Assembly: GCA_951406725.2 (NCBI GenBank)
Contig: OX597817.1
Span: forward strand, 58,156,001-58,220,000
Source: Octopus vulgaris
Lineage: Eukaryota
Direction: 5' to 3'
Length of the DNA: 64,000 nucleotides
The notes beneath the pieces are model-generated. The model was not told where the DNA came from and made no database searches. It worked only from the letters and a program-made list of their open reading frames with translations. The first letter of the stretch is position 1, and the number at the start of each line of letters is the position of its first letter. The position numbers and the translations under genes are program-made. This document shows, one piece after another, positions 1-13,144 of this stretch.

Positions 1-590
1 ATGGTGGTGGTGGTGGAATGGTGAAGCATCCCAAGATACAGAGGATTATGAAGGGTGGGTTGAGGTGAATGTAACGAGTGAGGGTGAGAGATATGAGTGG
101 CTCAGGGGTGGGGGTGGGGTGGCTATGGTAAGTGGGATGTGATGGCAGGTGCAGGAAGGCGGAGGGCATTGAGAGTGATAGCATGTGAGAGGAAAGTGAA
201 ATGTTAAGAATGGAGTCCAGCTGAGGAGAGCAATGGCTGAGGGCAGAGAAAAGAGATGATTGATGGGAGATAGTGTGGGCAGAGATGAGGATGAAACATG
301 GAAGTGGTTCCGGGAAGGAAGCAATGTAATCTGTGCCAATTTCTGTTCTCAGATGATGACAGCAGCCAAGTAGAAATTTATGGTTTGTTTTTGAGGTAAG
401 AACCCAACAGATTTTTTTAGTTTACTTTATTCTTAACTCCAAACGTTGTAACATAATTCAAATGGCTTTAAATTTGCAGTTTGATATTTTTTAATAAATA
501 TAAAGCCATAGAAAAGGAAAGTAGTATAATAAAATTGGGAAGTGGTGGTTGTTGAGTTATGAAATGTGGGGGGAGATGCTTGACAGAGCA

Positions 591-1097
<507 letters not shown>

Positions 1098-1490
1098 GAG
1101 AGAGAGAGTGAGAGAAGAGAGAAAAAGGGAGAGAGAAAGAGAGAGAGAGAGAAAGAAAGAAAGAGAAAGAGAGGGAAAGAATGAAAGGGAGAGAGAGAGA
1201 GTGAGAAAGAGAGAAAAAAGGCCTTGTTCTTTTAGTAGAAAGGATTATTTAACAAGGTCCTGAATTCCTTGTATGTTTGGTGAAAGATGGTGTAGTTGTG
1301 GCTGAAATTCCGTTTTTATTAAAGGGCCTGACTGGACGATAATAACCACAAAAAAAAAAAATGCCAGAAAAACAGTAATAACAACAACATCAACACCAAT
1401 AGAAGTATAAGAGTAAAATCATACAATAACAAAAAAGACTGTAAATTCAGCTTCTAATAAAAAAATGGAATCAATAAGGAGAAGATCTGT

Positions 1491-1732
1491 AGACGAAATA
1501 CCTATTTCTTTATTACCCACAAGGGGCTAAACACAGAGAGGACTAACAAGGACAGACAAACGGATTGTGTCGATTATATTGACCCCAGTGCGAACTGGTG
1601 CTTTATTTATCGACCCCGAAAGGATGAAAGGCAAAGTCGACCTCGGCGGAATTTGAACTCAGAACGTGGTGGCAGACGAAATACCTCTAAGTATTTCGCC
1701 CGGTGTGCTAACGTTTCTGCCAGCTCACCGCC
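1491..1732 (-). mobile_element. tRNA-derived SINE, family A (conserved central core, Meta/Nin-like)
   Basis: Minus strand reads GGCGGTGAGCTGGCAGAAACG (A-box-like)...GAGTTCAAATTCC (B-box-like)...GCCTTTCATCCTTTCGGGGTCGATAAAT. Multiple dispersed copies in the window. Core-domain name is from memory. Confidence 0.85.
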
Positions 1733-2428
1733 TGAATGCTAGTCATACCACTATGTGCAGAGTAAAACAGATGAAAATAAAGATGACAAAGATGACAATG
1801 GTGGTGGTGGTGGTCTTGGTGATGATTGTAGTGGTAGCAATGAATGTTGAGACCAATCCATCTTGTTTTGATATAAGCTACATATAAAGACGTTCTTAGA
1901 AGATCCTCTTAACTGCTTTTTGATACCAACCAACTTAAAACCAATTCTGGTGGTGATTCTTTGATATAAAACCTATTGTTTTAAGGTATTTTTTATGTAA
2001 ATTAAATATTGCCATTACCACATTTCTCTATGAAATGCACAATCCATATATTTTAATCAATTTTGGTAAAATAACGAACATTTTCATTAACGAGCTGCTG
2101 TTTGTGACACGTCTTAAAAGATTCTCACATACAATTACGGCAGAATGTTTTAATTTAAAGATAAACACTTTTCAAACAATAGATTTTATTTCATAGAAGT
2201 GGCGTTTCCAGCAGGTTTGCGATAAAATATTATGAAAGAATTTGTTTGAACTTTTTACGTGTGGATTATATGTAAAGAAGAAGGATTACTTTTGATAATC
2301 ACCACCAACACCAGCACCACCTCCATCATCATCATCATCATGACCATCGTCAACTTCATCGTCATCATCATCATCATCATCACCACCACCACCAATACCA
2401 TCATTTTCATTTTACATCTTTTTTTCTC

Positions 2429-2766
2429 TGGCACGAAAAACGTGCCGGTCGCATGTAAAAAGCACCATCCGGTCGCATGTAAAAAGCACTGGCCGTTGCC
2501 AGCCTTGCCTGGCCCCCATACCGGTGGCACGTAAAAAGCACCATCCGTCCATGGCCGTTTACCAGCTCCGTCTGGCACCTGTGCGGGTGGCACGTAAAAA
2601 GCACCCACTACACTCACGGAGTGGTTGGCGTTAGGAAGGGCATCCAGCCGTAGAAACACTGCCAGATCAGATTGTGCCTGATGCAGCCTTCTGGCTTCAC
2701 AGACCCCAGTTGAACCGTCCAACCCATGCTAGCATGGAAAGTGGACGCTAAATGATGATGATGATG
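2429..2766 (+). mobile_element. 5'-truncated RTE LINE 3' UTR with (GAT)n tail
   Basis: Matches the 3' UTR of the RTE copy at 8368-9960 (GGCGTTAGGAAGGGCATCCAGC...CCAACCCATGCTAGCATGG...GATGATG). Confidence 0.85.
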
Positions 2767-2899
2767 TATAAGTATGATTAGCACACATCTGGATACTTTA
2801 CCAGATACCAGTGACTATAGCTAAATTGTTTAAGCTACTTTTTCCTCCTTTCAAACCTTTATTGGCCTCTTTGATTATATAGCTGGCTATCCTCCAGAG

Positions 2900-3452
2900 C
2901 AGTGGTTCCCAAAGTGGGTGGTATTGCCCCCTGGGGGTGGAGGAAAGTTCCAAGGGGGCATTGAAGAAAAATAGGGGTGATAATGGGGTAGCAATTCATG
3001 TAAAAAGTGGGGCAATAATGGGGTAGCAATTCATGTAAAAAGTGGGGCCATAATGGGGTAACAATTCATGTAAAAAGTGGGGCCATAATGGGGTAGCAAT
3101 TCATGTGAAAAGTGGGGCCATAATGGGTAGCAATTCATGTAAAAAGTGGGGCCATAATGGGGTAACAATTCATGTAAAAAGTGGGGCTATAATGGGGTAG
3201 CAATTCATGTGAAAAGTGGGGCCATAATGTGTAGCAATTCATGTAAAAAGTGGGGCTATAATAAGGTAGTGATTCATGTAAAAACAACAAAATAATGGGT
3301 TTATTAGATCAAGTTTTATTTGTGAAATACAGTTGCTTTGAATTCGCTTCAGAAACAGGTCTATATTTGTGATAGTTAGTCGGGGTCGGAGCACTAGGAA
3401 TGTAGCCTGGGTGTTAAGGGGGCAGCAGCCCAGAAAAGTTTGGGAACCACTG
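2900..3452. mobile_element. hAT (Charlie-like) MITE containing a minisatellite
   Basis: TIRs CAGTGGTTCCCAAA / TTTGGGAACCACTG; imperfect 8-bp TSD CTCCAGAG / CTCTATAG resembling the NTCTAGAN target. Confidence 0.8.
2978..3285. repeat. ~36-bp minisatellite, ~8 copies
   Basis: Unit ATAATGGGGTAGCAATTCATGTAAAAAGTGGGGCC repeated head-to-tail with no spacers. Confidence 0.95.
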
Positions 3453-3460
3453 CTCTATAG

Positions 3461-3788
3461 TAATAGTTCTCAATCAGGATCCATTTAAGATTTTGGGGTA
3501 TCCACAAAGGTAAAATAGTAAATTGGGGATTTCATAAGTAGTATTTTAAGGGTCAATGAAAAAAGTCTTGCTTTAAATGTATGTATTGCAAGAAACAGCT
3601 AAATTTCTGTCTCCAACATTTTACACAGTTCAACCTACCATAAGTTACTGTGTGAAAAGCAAAATAGAAATTTTGAAAGAAGTCTCTATAAAACGAGCTT
3701 TTAAGCATCAAATGGCTATGGGGTGGGGAAATCAGAATGAAATAGGAATCAAAGGCATCCAGTGGGGGAAAAGGGTTGAGAAGCACTG
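3461..3788. mobile_element. Degenerate hAT MITE abutting the previous one
   Basis: Right end GGTTGAGAAGCACTG; decayed left end TAATAGTTCTCAATC. Confidence 0.5.
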
Positions 3789-4407
3789 CCCTACTGAATA
3801 ACTACTGCCTCTGTTGGATCAACTTTGTGTAATTCCTTCCTCAATCAGTAACTGCAGATTCCCCTTCATCAATAACCATGACCATTCCATGCAAACGTTT
3901 TAGTAGATTCAAACAAACATTTGACCTGATATTCTGTTGTTAATCTCACCAAATTCTCCATAGAATTTGAGTTTGGCTTTGTCTACAGCCGTCTCTCAGT
4001 ACGCAGAATCTCTCACATCACACCAACAAGGAAAACATCTAATTTTAAATGAAAGTGTATATACGAGTGTTAATAGCGACATCTCTGATCTCTTTCTTGT
4101 TCACAATCCTTTCATCCTCTTTTGAAGATTGTTCTTGGAGAAATTTTTCATGCCAAAATGGAAATAAATGAAAATTGTAGATTTAAGCTTAAGCAACAAC
4201 CATGAAATCTCCAAGAGACAAAACATTCATTTTGGCACGTAATCAAGGAAGTAACTGAAGAATATTGAAGTGATGGTGCTAACAATACACACACACACAC
4301 ACACAAACACACGTATACATATATTGTAAGAGAGGAAGAAAGAGAATGAGAGATAACTACATGCATACATACATGTGTTCACATGTATATGTATGTATAT
4401 ATGTATA

Positions 4408-4597
<190 letters not shown>

Positions 4598-5362
4598 GTA
4601 TATATTTATACATATGTATGTATGTATATACGTATGTGTATATGGAATTATTACAAAGTAATTGGGCAATTTATTCAATGGTTTATCGATAGAACCAATA
4701 GTGTTTTCCACTAATCAATACAAGTATCAGTACTTTTCTAGCCATAAAGTATCAAATATTGATTAAATGCCAAAGTTAGAAAAATATATTCGGAAACTGA
4801 AAACTACCTTAATATTCTCAGCGTTCTTCAACAATGCAAGTAAACAATCAAAATATTTAAATATTAAAGAAAATAAGTAATTTTATTTGAAGAGATTTGG
4901 TCAAGAGATTTCGATTTTATTATTAATTTAACCAAGATTACAATTGACCTATTCTGTTGGTTGCTGTTGTTGTTGTTTTATCTCTGTTAGATGAGATCTG
5001 TCATCAAAGATAATCCAGCTGTGACCATCTCAAAGATAAACTATATTCTTTATTGTTTCTTTTCTCTTTTAAGATGATGGAGTGTAATTTCCAAGAGATT
5101 TTGACTACTATTTTTTGCCGGTTGAGTGATTGTCTAGAAGCTCTGACCTTTGTTTGACTTACAGTTTAATCTATGTGATATCCTTGGCTTATCCTATTGT
5201 AAGTCAGCTGCAGAGCTATACTGAGCTCCTGTGGCTGCTTTGGTATGGGCATCCAGTCTTAGAAGCCATGCTGAAGCTGATATCGGGGCCCAGTATAGTC
5301 CTGCAGCTTGCTGTATCCTACCAAATCATCCAACTCATGCCAGCATGGAAAACGAATGTTAA

Positions 5363-5394
<32 letters not shown>

Positions 5395-5764
5395 GGTGGT
5401 GATGGTGGTGGTGGTGATGAGGATGATGATGAATATCTTTGGCTCAATATTTTATAGCATTTAATGTATTTTGTATTCTTGGCTTTGTATACCATTATCC
5501 TTTGTATACCATTATCCTTTGTATACCATTATCATTAACACTTAACATCCCTGTTTCCATATTCCATGTTGGCATGGCCTGGTTGGTTTGACAGGATCTG
5601 ATGCATCCAAAGAGGACACCATGCTCCAATGCTGGCTTTGGCATGGCTTCTAGAGCTGGATGCTACTCTGTGTCAGAGTGCTTTGTGTCATACCACTGAC
5701 ACTACAGACTTTGCCATGCAGCTTGTAAGACTACAAAACTTGAAGGGAGTTAGATTGGCTTAAC

Positions 5765-5959
5765 GCTAGGAGATGAGGGGGTTAGAGTATAAAAGAAGGG
5801 GGTTGGATCGGCTAAATGCTAGGAGATGAGGGGGTTAGAGTATAAAAGAAGGGGGTGGGATCGGCTAAATGCTAGGAGATGAGGGGGTTAGAGTATAAAA
5901 GAAGGGGGTTGGATCGGCTAAATGCTAGGAGATGAGGGGGTTAGAGTATAAAAGAGGGG
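5765..5959. repeat. 53-bp tandem repeat, ~3.7 copies
   Basis: GCTAGGAGATGAGGGGGTTAGAGTATAAAAGAAGGGGG... starts at 5765, 5818, 5871 and 5924. Confidence 0.95.
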
Positions 5960-6074
5960 CACAGAACTGGTTCTTATTGTACAGGAGGATAAGGCTGCTC
6001 ACATTTAGAAGAGAAGGTGAGAATGATTGGAAAGAACTGAGAAGTTATGCTGTTTAATGTGCTGTCGTCAATTT

Positions 6075-6272
6075 AGTAGAATTGGTGGAAGGTAAATACA
6101 TGCAAGGTAGACAGAAAAAGGGCTTCACGGATACACCCAAAGCCTGACTGAAGACTTCGAGATCAACCCTGGCACCTGGGAAATGCACAAAACCACCCCT
6201 GCTTGGTGAAAATGCACCAACAGAGATGTTATCTCCTATGAACAGAACAGGTTTGCTGAAGCACAAAGAAAA
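6075..6272 (+). pseudogene. RTE-BovB-like LINE ORF C-terminal fragment
   Basis: Translates with stops and frameshifts as ELVEGK..GRQKKGFTDT.KA*LK..EINPGTWE...AW*...YEQNRFAEAQRK, similar to the BovB-type GQKKRFKDTLK..WE..A.DR..WR motif. Confidence 0.6.
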
Positions 6273-6279
6273 TATATTA

Positions 6280-6455
6280 TTTTACTTTGAGCAATAGGCC
6301 CTTTGTCACCAGCAGAGGTAAGAGCTTTCTGAACTTTGCCCAGGCTATTCTTATTCTAGCAGCTACACTTTCAGAGCACCCACCCCTGCTACTGACTTGG
6401 TCACCTAGGTAATGGAAGCTATCAACTACTTCTAGGTTTTCTCCCTGGAATGTGG
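6280..6455 (-). pseudogene. RTE LINE ORF fragment
   Basis: QGENLEVVDSFHYLGDQVSSRGGCSESVAARIRIAWAKFRKLLPLLVTKG, near-identical to the RTE at 8854-9513. Confidence 0.9.
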
Positions 6456-6511
6456 CAATTATTTTACAGAATAATAGAATTAAAATTTCTTTGATTAAAA
6501 CCCTTTCTAAC

Positions 6512-7110
6512 ATGGAAGTATCCAAAGATCATTTGAGGCACATAATGCTTTATGAGTACAGAAAAGGAAACTCTGCAGCTGAAGCAACGCAAAACATACA
6601 CTCAGTTTATGGGAAAGAATGCTTGAATGAAAGAACTTGCAGAAGATGGTTTGCAAAATAGAGATTTCAGCCTTGAAGATGAAGATCAAATGGAACGTCC
6701 AGTTGAGCTTGATGATAAGCACCTTGAGGCATTACTTGAAGAAAATCCTGCATTATCAGTTGAAGAATTGGCAATAAAGCTTAGTTCAAACCATACAACT
6801 GTTCATCATCATCTTCAACAGCTTGGAAAGGTTCCTAAACTTGGAAAATGGGTGCCTCATAAATTGTCCAAAGCAACTGCAAATCCTGAGTTGACATCTG
6901 CTCTTCTCTCCATTCTCGTGAACTCATTTTCACCCTTTTTGGATAGACTTGTGACTGGTGACGAAAAATGGTTCTTCTGTCGAAATGTTAAACATCATAA
7001 ACAGTGGGTTGGTAAAAGGGAAAAAGCTCAACCACAACCGAGAAGGGAGCTTCAAAGGAAAAAGGTTCTTCTCTCTATCTGGTGGGATTGCAAAGGAGCA
7101 ATTCACTTTG
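6512..7110 (+). pseudogene. Mariner (SETMAR/Mos1-like) transposase, frameshifted and 3'-truncated
   Basis: MEVSKDHLRHIMLYEYRKGNSAAEATQNI...RRWFAK helix-turn-helix region, then GKWVPHKL and LVTGDEKW mariner motifs. Confidence 0.92.
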
Positions 7111-7510
7111 AGTGGCACTTCTTCACACATCTCTCCTCATCCATCCGTAGGACATGACCATACTAACGCAAATGTCTCTCCTGCATGCTGCATCCAATGC
7201 TTCTTATGCCCAACATTTCTCTCAGGACGCTTACACTCTGTCGTGCATGGACACTGACTTTACACATCCAGCGGATCATGTTAGCTTCATTTCTTTCGAG
7301 CCTATGCATGTCCTCTGCAGTCGCGGCCCATGTTTCACTGCCATGAAGCATGGTAGTTTGCACACATGCATCGTACAATCTACCTTTCACTCTGAGCGAG
7401 AGTCCCTTTGTCGTGAATAGGGGAAGAAGCTTCCTAAACTTTGCACAGGCTATTCTTATTCTAGTGGTAACACTCTCTGAGCATCCACTCCTGCTACTAA
7501 CTTGGTCACG
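7111..7510 (-). pseudogene. RTE LINE ORF fragment
   Basis: KGRLYDACVQTTMLHGSETWA...LERNEANMIRWMC...ERHLR. Confidence 0.9.
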
Positions 7511-7512
7511 TT

Positions 7513-7560
<48 letters not shown>

Positions 7561-7567
<7 letters not shown>

Positions 7568-8058
7568 TCAATATAGCCATATATATATGACTATTTAATT
7601 TTTTCCCACTAGGCCGCTGGTGGCAAAAAAATTCTACAAAATTTTTTTTTTGCCACCCTATATTGATTAATTATGAATTTTCTGGTTAATTCCGGTAATG
7701 GAATCGGCGGCTTATATTTATTTGCTGCCGATAAATTTGGCGCGAGTGCGATGATTTGAAAATTTTAGGTCAGATATTGCCGAGGCAGGGACGGGAATGC
7801 CTCGTGAAAAATATCTGTTCCGACTTGGCTATTTCTTACTGATGAATCTAAGGGCCTATGGTAGATTGGCTTGATTTAATTTAATCAGGTTAGTTTACCA
7901 TTAAACAGTAGACGAAACGGTGCATCGTATAAGAAATTACAGGGTAAATGTTTTTTTATTTTCTCCTGGTTTACGGAATTGATGTTATTTTGCGGTTGAA
8001 GCTTTTGGCTGTTATTTCTAGTGGGTGAATGGCCTATTATGGCCGTTCCTTGATTGTG
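7561..8058 (+). mobile_element. Penelope-like pseudo-LTR remnant within (TA)n
   Basis: Flanked by TA repeats; short inverted segment (TAATTAATCAATATAG / CTATATTGATTAATTA); contains a hammerhead motif. Confidence 0.55.
7831..7937 (+). ncRNA. Type I hammerhead ribozyme
   Basis: Stem I ATTTCTTA/TAAGAAAT (8 bp); CTGATGA 7839-7845; long stem II (ATGGTAGATTGGCTTGATT/AATCAGGTTAGTTTACCAT); GAAAC GGTGCATC GTA with predicted cleavage after 7929; first stem II pair is an A.C mismatch. Confidence 0.8.
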
Positions 8059-8208
8059 ATATATATATATATATATATATACACATACATATATGTATGT
8101 ATATATATTTATATTATGTATGTATATATATATATACACACATACACATTTATATGTATATATGTATAAAGAAATATTAATTAATAAAAAAGTATTAAAT
8201 AATAAAGA

Positions 8209-8268
<60 letters not shown>

Positions 8269-8281
8269 ATATATATTTATA

Positions 8282-8351
<70 letters not shown>

Positions 8352-8367
8352 TGTATGTATGTATGTA

Positions 8368-9960
8368 TCATCATCATCATCATCATTTAGCGTCCGCTTT
8401 CCATGCTAGCATAGGTTGGATGGTTCAACTGGGGTCTGTGAAGCCAGAAGGCTGCATCAGGCCCAGTCTGATCTAGCAGTGTTTCTACGGCTGGATGCCC
8501 TTCCTAACGCCAACCACTCCGTGAGTGTAGTGGGTGCTTTTTACGTGCCACCCACACAGGTGCCAGACGGAGCTGGCAAACGGCCATGAACGGATGGTGC
8601 TTTTACGTGCCACCGGCATGGAGGCCAGTCAGGGTGGCGCTGGCAACGGCCACGATCGGATGGTTCGCTTAACCACAGCTGCAATTTCCATTGATGTTGA
8701 TCGACTTTGATTTTGGTTCTGCTTTCTGATATCCGATTTGATTTGGTTTGATTTTTATTTTGATTTTGATTTTCACTTGTCTCAACGGGTCTTCACAAGT
8801 GGAGTTTTGTGTCCCAAGAAGGAAAGGTATGTAGGCCACAGGTTATGTTCTCACTAGTCTTGCTGGGTCTTCTCACGCACAGCATACTTCCATAGGTCTC
8901 GGTCTCTAGTCATTTCCTTGGTGAGACCTAAAGTTTGAAGGTCGTGTTTCACCACCTCGTCCCATGTTTTCCTGGGTCTACCTCTTCCACAGGTTCCCTC
9001 AACTGCTAGGGTGTGGCACTTTCGCACACAACTATCTTCAGCCATTCTCGTCACATGACCATACCAGCGCAAACGTCTCTCTTGCACACCACAACTGATG
9101 CTTCTTAGGTCCAACTTTTCTCTCAAGGTACTTACATTCTGTCGATTATGAACATTGACATTACACATCCATCGGAGCATACTGGCTTCATTTCTTGTGA
9201 GCTTACGCATATCCTCAGCAGTCACAGCCCATGTTTCACTACCATGTAGCATGGCTGTACGTACACATGCATCATACAGTCTGCCTTTTACTCTGAGCGA
9301 GAGGCCTTTTGTCACCAGCAGGGGTAAAAGCTCTCTAAACTTTGCCCAGGCTATTCTTACTCTAGCAGTTACACTTTCAGCATACCCACCCCCGCTACTG
9401 ACTTGGTCACCTAGGTAGCGGAAGCTATCAACTACTTCTAGTTTTTCTCCTTGGAACGTGGTAGAAGTTGGTCTCTGCATATATTCAGAGTATTTCTCCT
9501 GAGCATCTGCCACAGATAAAAACTATTTTCCTAGTTAGTCTTCCTTTGACATTACTACACCTCTTGTGTGTCCATAGCTTACACTTGGTGCACCTTATAG
9601 AGTTTCTACCTACGCCTTTTTTACAGATCGAGCAGGGCCATCTACCTGAAGGTGTTTGTGATTGGTCTACCTTCCTACTTATTAGGACTTTGGTTTTGGC
9701 TAGGTTGATTCTAAGGCCCTTCAATTCTAAACCTTGCTTCCACACCTGAAACTTCTCCTCCAGTTCTGATAGAGACTCAGCAATTAGAGCAAGGTCATCA
9801 GCATAGAGGAGCTCCCAGGGGCATCCTGTCTTGAATTCCTCCGTTATTGCCAGGAGGACTATGATAAATAGGAGGGGACTGAGGACTGAACCTTGGTGGA
9901 CCCCAACCTCTACCCGGAATTCTTCACTGTACTCGTTGCCAACCCTCCCTCACCTTACTA
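8368..9960 (-). mobile_element. RTE-clade LINE, 5'-truncated (RT core, PHD-like finger, C-terminus, 3' UTR, (GAT)n tail)
   Basis: GVHQGSVLSPLLFIIVL and ELLYADDLALIAE at ~9770-9905; ORFs 9485-9745 and 8854-9513 with YLG, HGSETW, RLRWYGHV and GRGRPRKTW motifs; frameshift or deletion near 9480. Confidence 0.95.
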
Positions 9961-10721
9961 GCAGTGTTTCTGTACATGGTTCGCACAGCTCTCACTAACC
10001 ATTCAGCTCTCACTAACCATTCAAATGTATGTATGTATGTATATATATATATATATATATATGTCTTTACTTAAATGAAACAAAGTACGACTTATTGTGG
10101 ACATAAAACAATGGGTTATGACCTTATATGAAACATGATAAAATAATGATAATGATGATGATGATGAGGAGGAGGAGGAGGAAGAGAATGAGGAGGGGAA
10201 AAGGATGCAGTGAAGGAGGATGAGGATGCTTTCATATTCTGATTCAATTCAAAACACACATACACACACACAAACGTAAACACACAAGCGTACATGCACA
10301 TCCACATTCACATACCCATGCATACACAAGCACACTCAGGCATACACATCCCTCCCAGACACCCACACATAAACGCACAGGCACTCATACACAAAAACAT
10401 ACATGAGCACATGTGCACACACACACACACACACACACATACAAAACAATTTACTTCAAAAAAAATATAATTGAAAATGAAGCCAGAGAGAACTTGAAAT
10501 ATAAATTTATCATCGATTTTTCTTCACACAGCATTCCCCCACCCCTGCCACCATACCACCACCACCACCACTCCATGCCGCCCCCCCTCTTCCCAATCCT
10601 TCACCTTGCTCACTTTTTTTTTTACTTGTTTTATTTCTTTCAAATCGGTCAGAGAAGTGATTTATGTCTAAAGATAGATAATCAATTCTTTACAACTGAT
10701 ATCAGGACAGAAATATTAACA

Positions 10722-11309
10722 CTGCTGTAGCAAACTTCATAACCGTGTTTACCAATGTCAAGGTGGACCGTGACTCTGTGGAAGAATAAATAAAAGTACT
10801 AATAAATAAATAAAAGTACTAATGAAAATAATTAAAAGAACTAATATTGCTGAAGCAAATTTCATTACGGTATTTGTTGAGGCCAAGGTGGACTGTGGCT
10901 TTGTGGAAGAATAAATAAAAGTACTAATAAATAATTAAAAGTACTTATAAATAATTAAAAGTACTAATAAATAATTAAAAGTACTAATGAAAATAATTAA
11001 AAGAACTAATATTGCTGTAGCAAATTTCATTATTGTATTTGCTGAGACTAAGGTGGACTGTGACTTTGTAGAAGAATAAATAAAAGTACTAATAAATAAA
11101 TAAAAGTACTTGTAAATAAATAAAAGTACTAATAAATAAATGAAAGTACTTGTAAATAAATAAAAGTACTAATAAATAATTAAAAGTACTAATAAATAAT
11201 TAAAAGTACTAATGAAAATAATTAAAAGAACTATTATTGCTGTAGCAAATTTCATTACGGTATTTGCCAAGGCCAAGGTGGACTGTGACTTTGTGGAAGA
11301 ATAAATAAG
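10722..11309. repeat. Two-level tandem repeat: 4 copies of a ~65-bp unit separated by 2, 4 and 7 copies of a 20-bp A-rich subunit
   Basis: GCTG(T/A)AGCAAA...CAAGGTGGAC(T/C)GTG starts at 10724, 10849, 11014 and 11239; subunit AATAAATAAATAAAAGTACT. Confidence 0.93.
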
Positions 11310-11800
11310 ATTCTTCCATTAGTTTTAGATTCATTTCAGTCAAAAAATGCTAGAAATGGCAGCCAAAATATCCCCAACAAATGGAAAATTTAGCATTTTA
11401 AAAAGTAACATAATGGACAATAGGGTCACGATGGGTGGTGGGGGCTCACAGTTACATTGCATATCTTATATCTTTTACTTGTTTCAGTCATTGGACTGTG
11501 GTCATGCTGGGGCAGCGTCTTGGACAGTTTGATTGGCTAGACTGATGCCTGTAATTATTTTTTAAAGTCTGGTACTTGTTCAGCCAGCCTCTTTTGCTGA
11601 AACAGATGTAAACAAACCAAGCGTGGTTATCAAGTGGTGGTTGATGACAAACATTAAAGCTTACTAATATACATACATATAGCAAGATCAACACAATTAA
11701 GCTTGATATATATGTGTGTATATATATATGTAAATATATGTGTGTATGTATATATATATGCATGTATGTCTATATGTATGTATATATATATTTATATCTG

Positions 11801-11834
<34 letters not shown>

Positions 11835-11837
<3 letters not shown>

Positions 11838-12596
11838 TCATCATCATCATCGTTTAACATCTGTTCTCCATGCTAGCATGGGTTGAATGGTTCGACTGGG
11901 GTCTGGGAAGCCAGAAGGCTGCACCAGGCTCCAGTCTGATCTGGCAGTGTTTCTAAAGCTGGATGCCCTTCCTAACGCTAACCACTCTGTGAGTGTAGTG
12001 GGTGCTTTTTACGTGCCACCAGCACAGGTGCCAGGCGAGGCTGGCAATGGTCACAATAGGATTGGTGCTTTTTACGTGCCTCCAGCACGGAAGCCAGTCA
12101 AGGCAGCGCTGGCATCGGCCACATTCAGATGGTGCTTTTTACGTGCCACTGGCACAGGGATCACAACTACAATTTCCATTGATTTTTGATGTTGGTGTAC
12201 TTGACTCAATAGGTCTCCTCAAGCACAGGGTCAAAACGGTGTTTCTTTACTTGCCACCTGCACAGGAGTCAGTCCAGTGGCACTGGCAACTGCCGGGTGC
12301 CTGTCATAGGATTGGTTCAATTTCAATTCTGATTTCACTTGCCCCAACAGGTCTTCACAAGCAGAGTTTATTGTCCAATGAAGGGAGGTTGGCATGGGTG
12401 CCAGTCGTCGGATGAGGTTCAGTTTCGAATTCAATTTGAACTTCACTTTCCTCAACAGGTCTTTGCGTGTCCAAGGAAGGAAAGGCATGCATAAGTGGGC
12501 TGGCTACATCCCTGGCAAAGGCCACAGGATGGTCTCACTTGTCCTGCCAGGTCTTCTCATGCACAGCATATTTCCAAAGGTCTCGGTCACTAGTCA
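11835..12596 (-). mobile_element. RTE LINE 3' end (last codons plus 3' UTR)
   Basis: (CAT)n tail at 11835; MTSDRDLWKYAVHEKT-like end at ~12550-12596 matches the RTE C-terminus. Confidence 0.88.
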
Positions 12597-12604
12597 TATA
12601 TTTA

Positions 12605-13130
12605 TACCATAAATCCTCGAGTATACTCCACATTTTTCCCCAAAAATTTAAAGGTCAAAATCCCTAGTGCGTACTATATACGAGGTTGAAAATGAAAAAT
12701 ATATTCTAAGCAATGTCCAAGTATCTATTTGCTGTCCGGCAATGTTTATTCAGATGCATTTTGTTATGTCGGGCGCGAAAATACCTTAAGCTAAGCCTGA
12801 AAGCAATGAAGTCATAAAAGAATCATCCATAACTTGCAGTAAGCAACATTTATTAAATGTTATTACTGTTATTACTGTTTTTTCTTTATTTTCTGCAAAC
12901 AAAATGCACAAAAAAAGCTACACATTTGCATTATGTTATATATACAATAATAATAAAGGACACTACCGTATACATTTTTACAAACCAAGGTCGTTATATA
13001 GACCTGCTTGACTCAAGTTAGAGAAATGATGCGTATTATACACAAGGTTTAGGTTTTTCAGAGGTACAGCCCCCTAAAAATCCCCTGTGTATTATACTCA
13101 AGGGTGGACTATACTCAAGGATTTACGATA
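12605..13130. mobile_element. Tc1/mariner-pogo-type MITE
   Basis: TIRs TACCATAAATCCTCGAGTATACTCCAC / GTGGACTATACTCAAGGATTTACGATA with TA at both ends. Confidence 0.75.
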
Positions 13131-13144
13131 TTTATATATATATA

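Noticed and set aside
2978-3285. 36-bp repeats of CRISPR-like length
   Set aside because: Head-to-tail with no unique spacers; lies inside a MITE
3860-4045. Possible mariner C-terminal relic on the minus strand
   Set aside because: Similarity too weak (only DVFL..G and TKP-like words) to support
10722-11309. CRISPR-like repeat-spacer appearance
   Set aside because: Spacers are themselves tandem copies of one 20-mer; eukaryotic context; no cas genes
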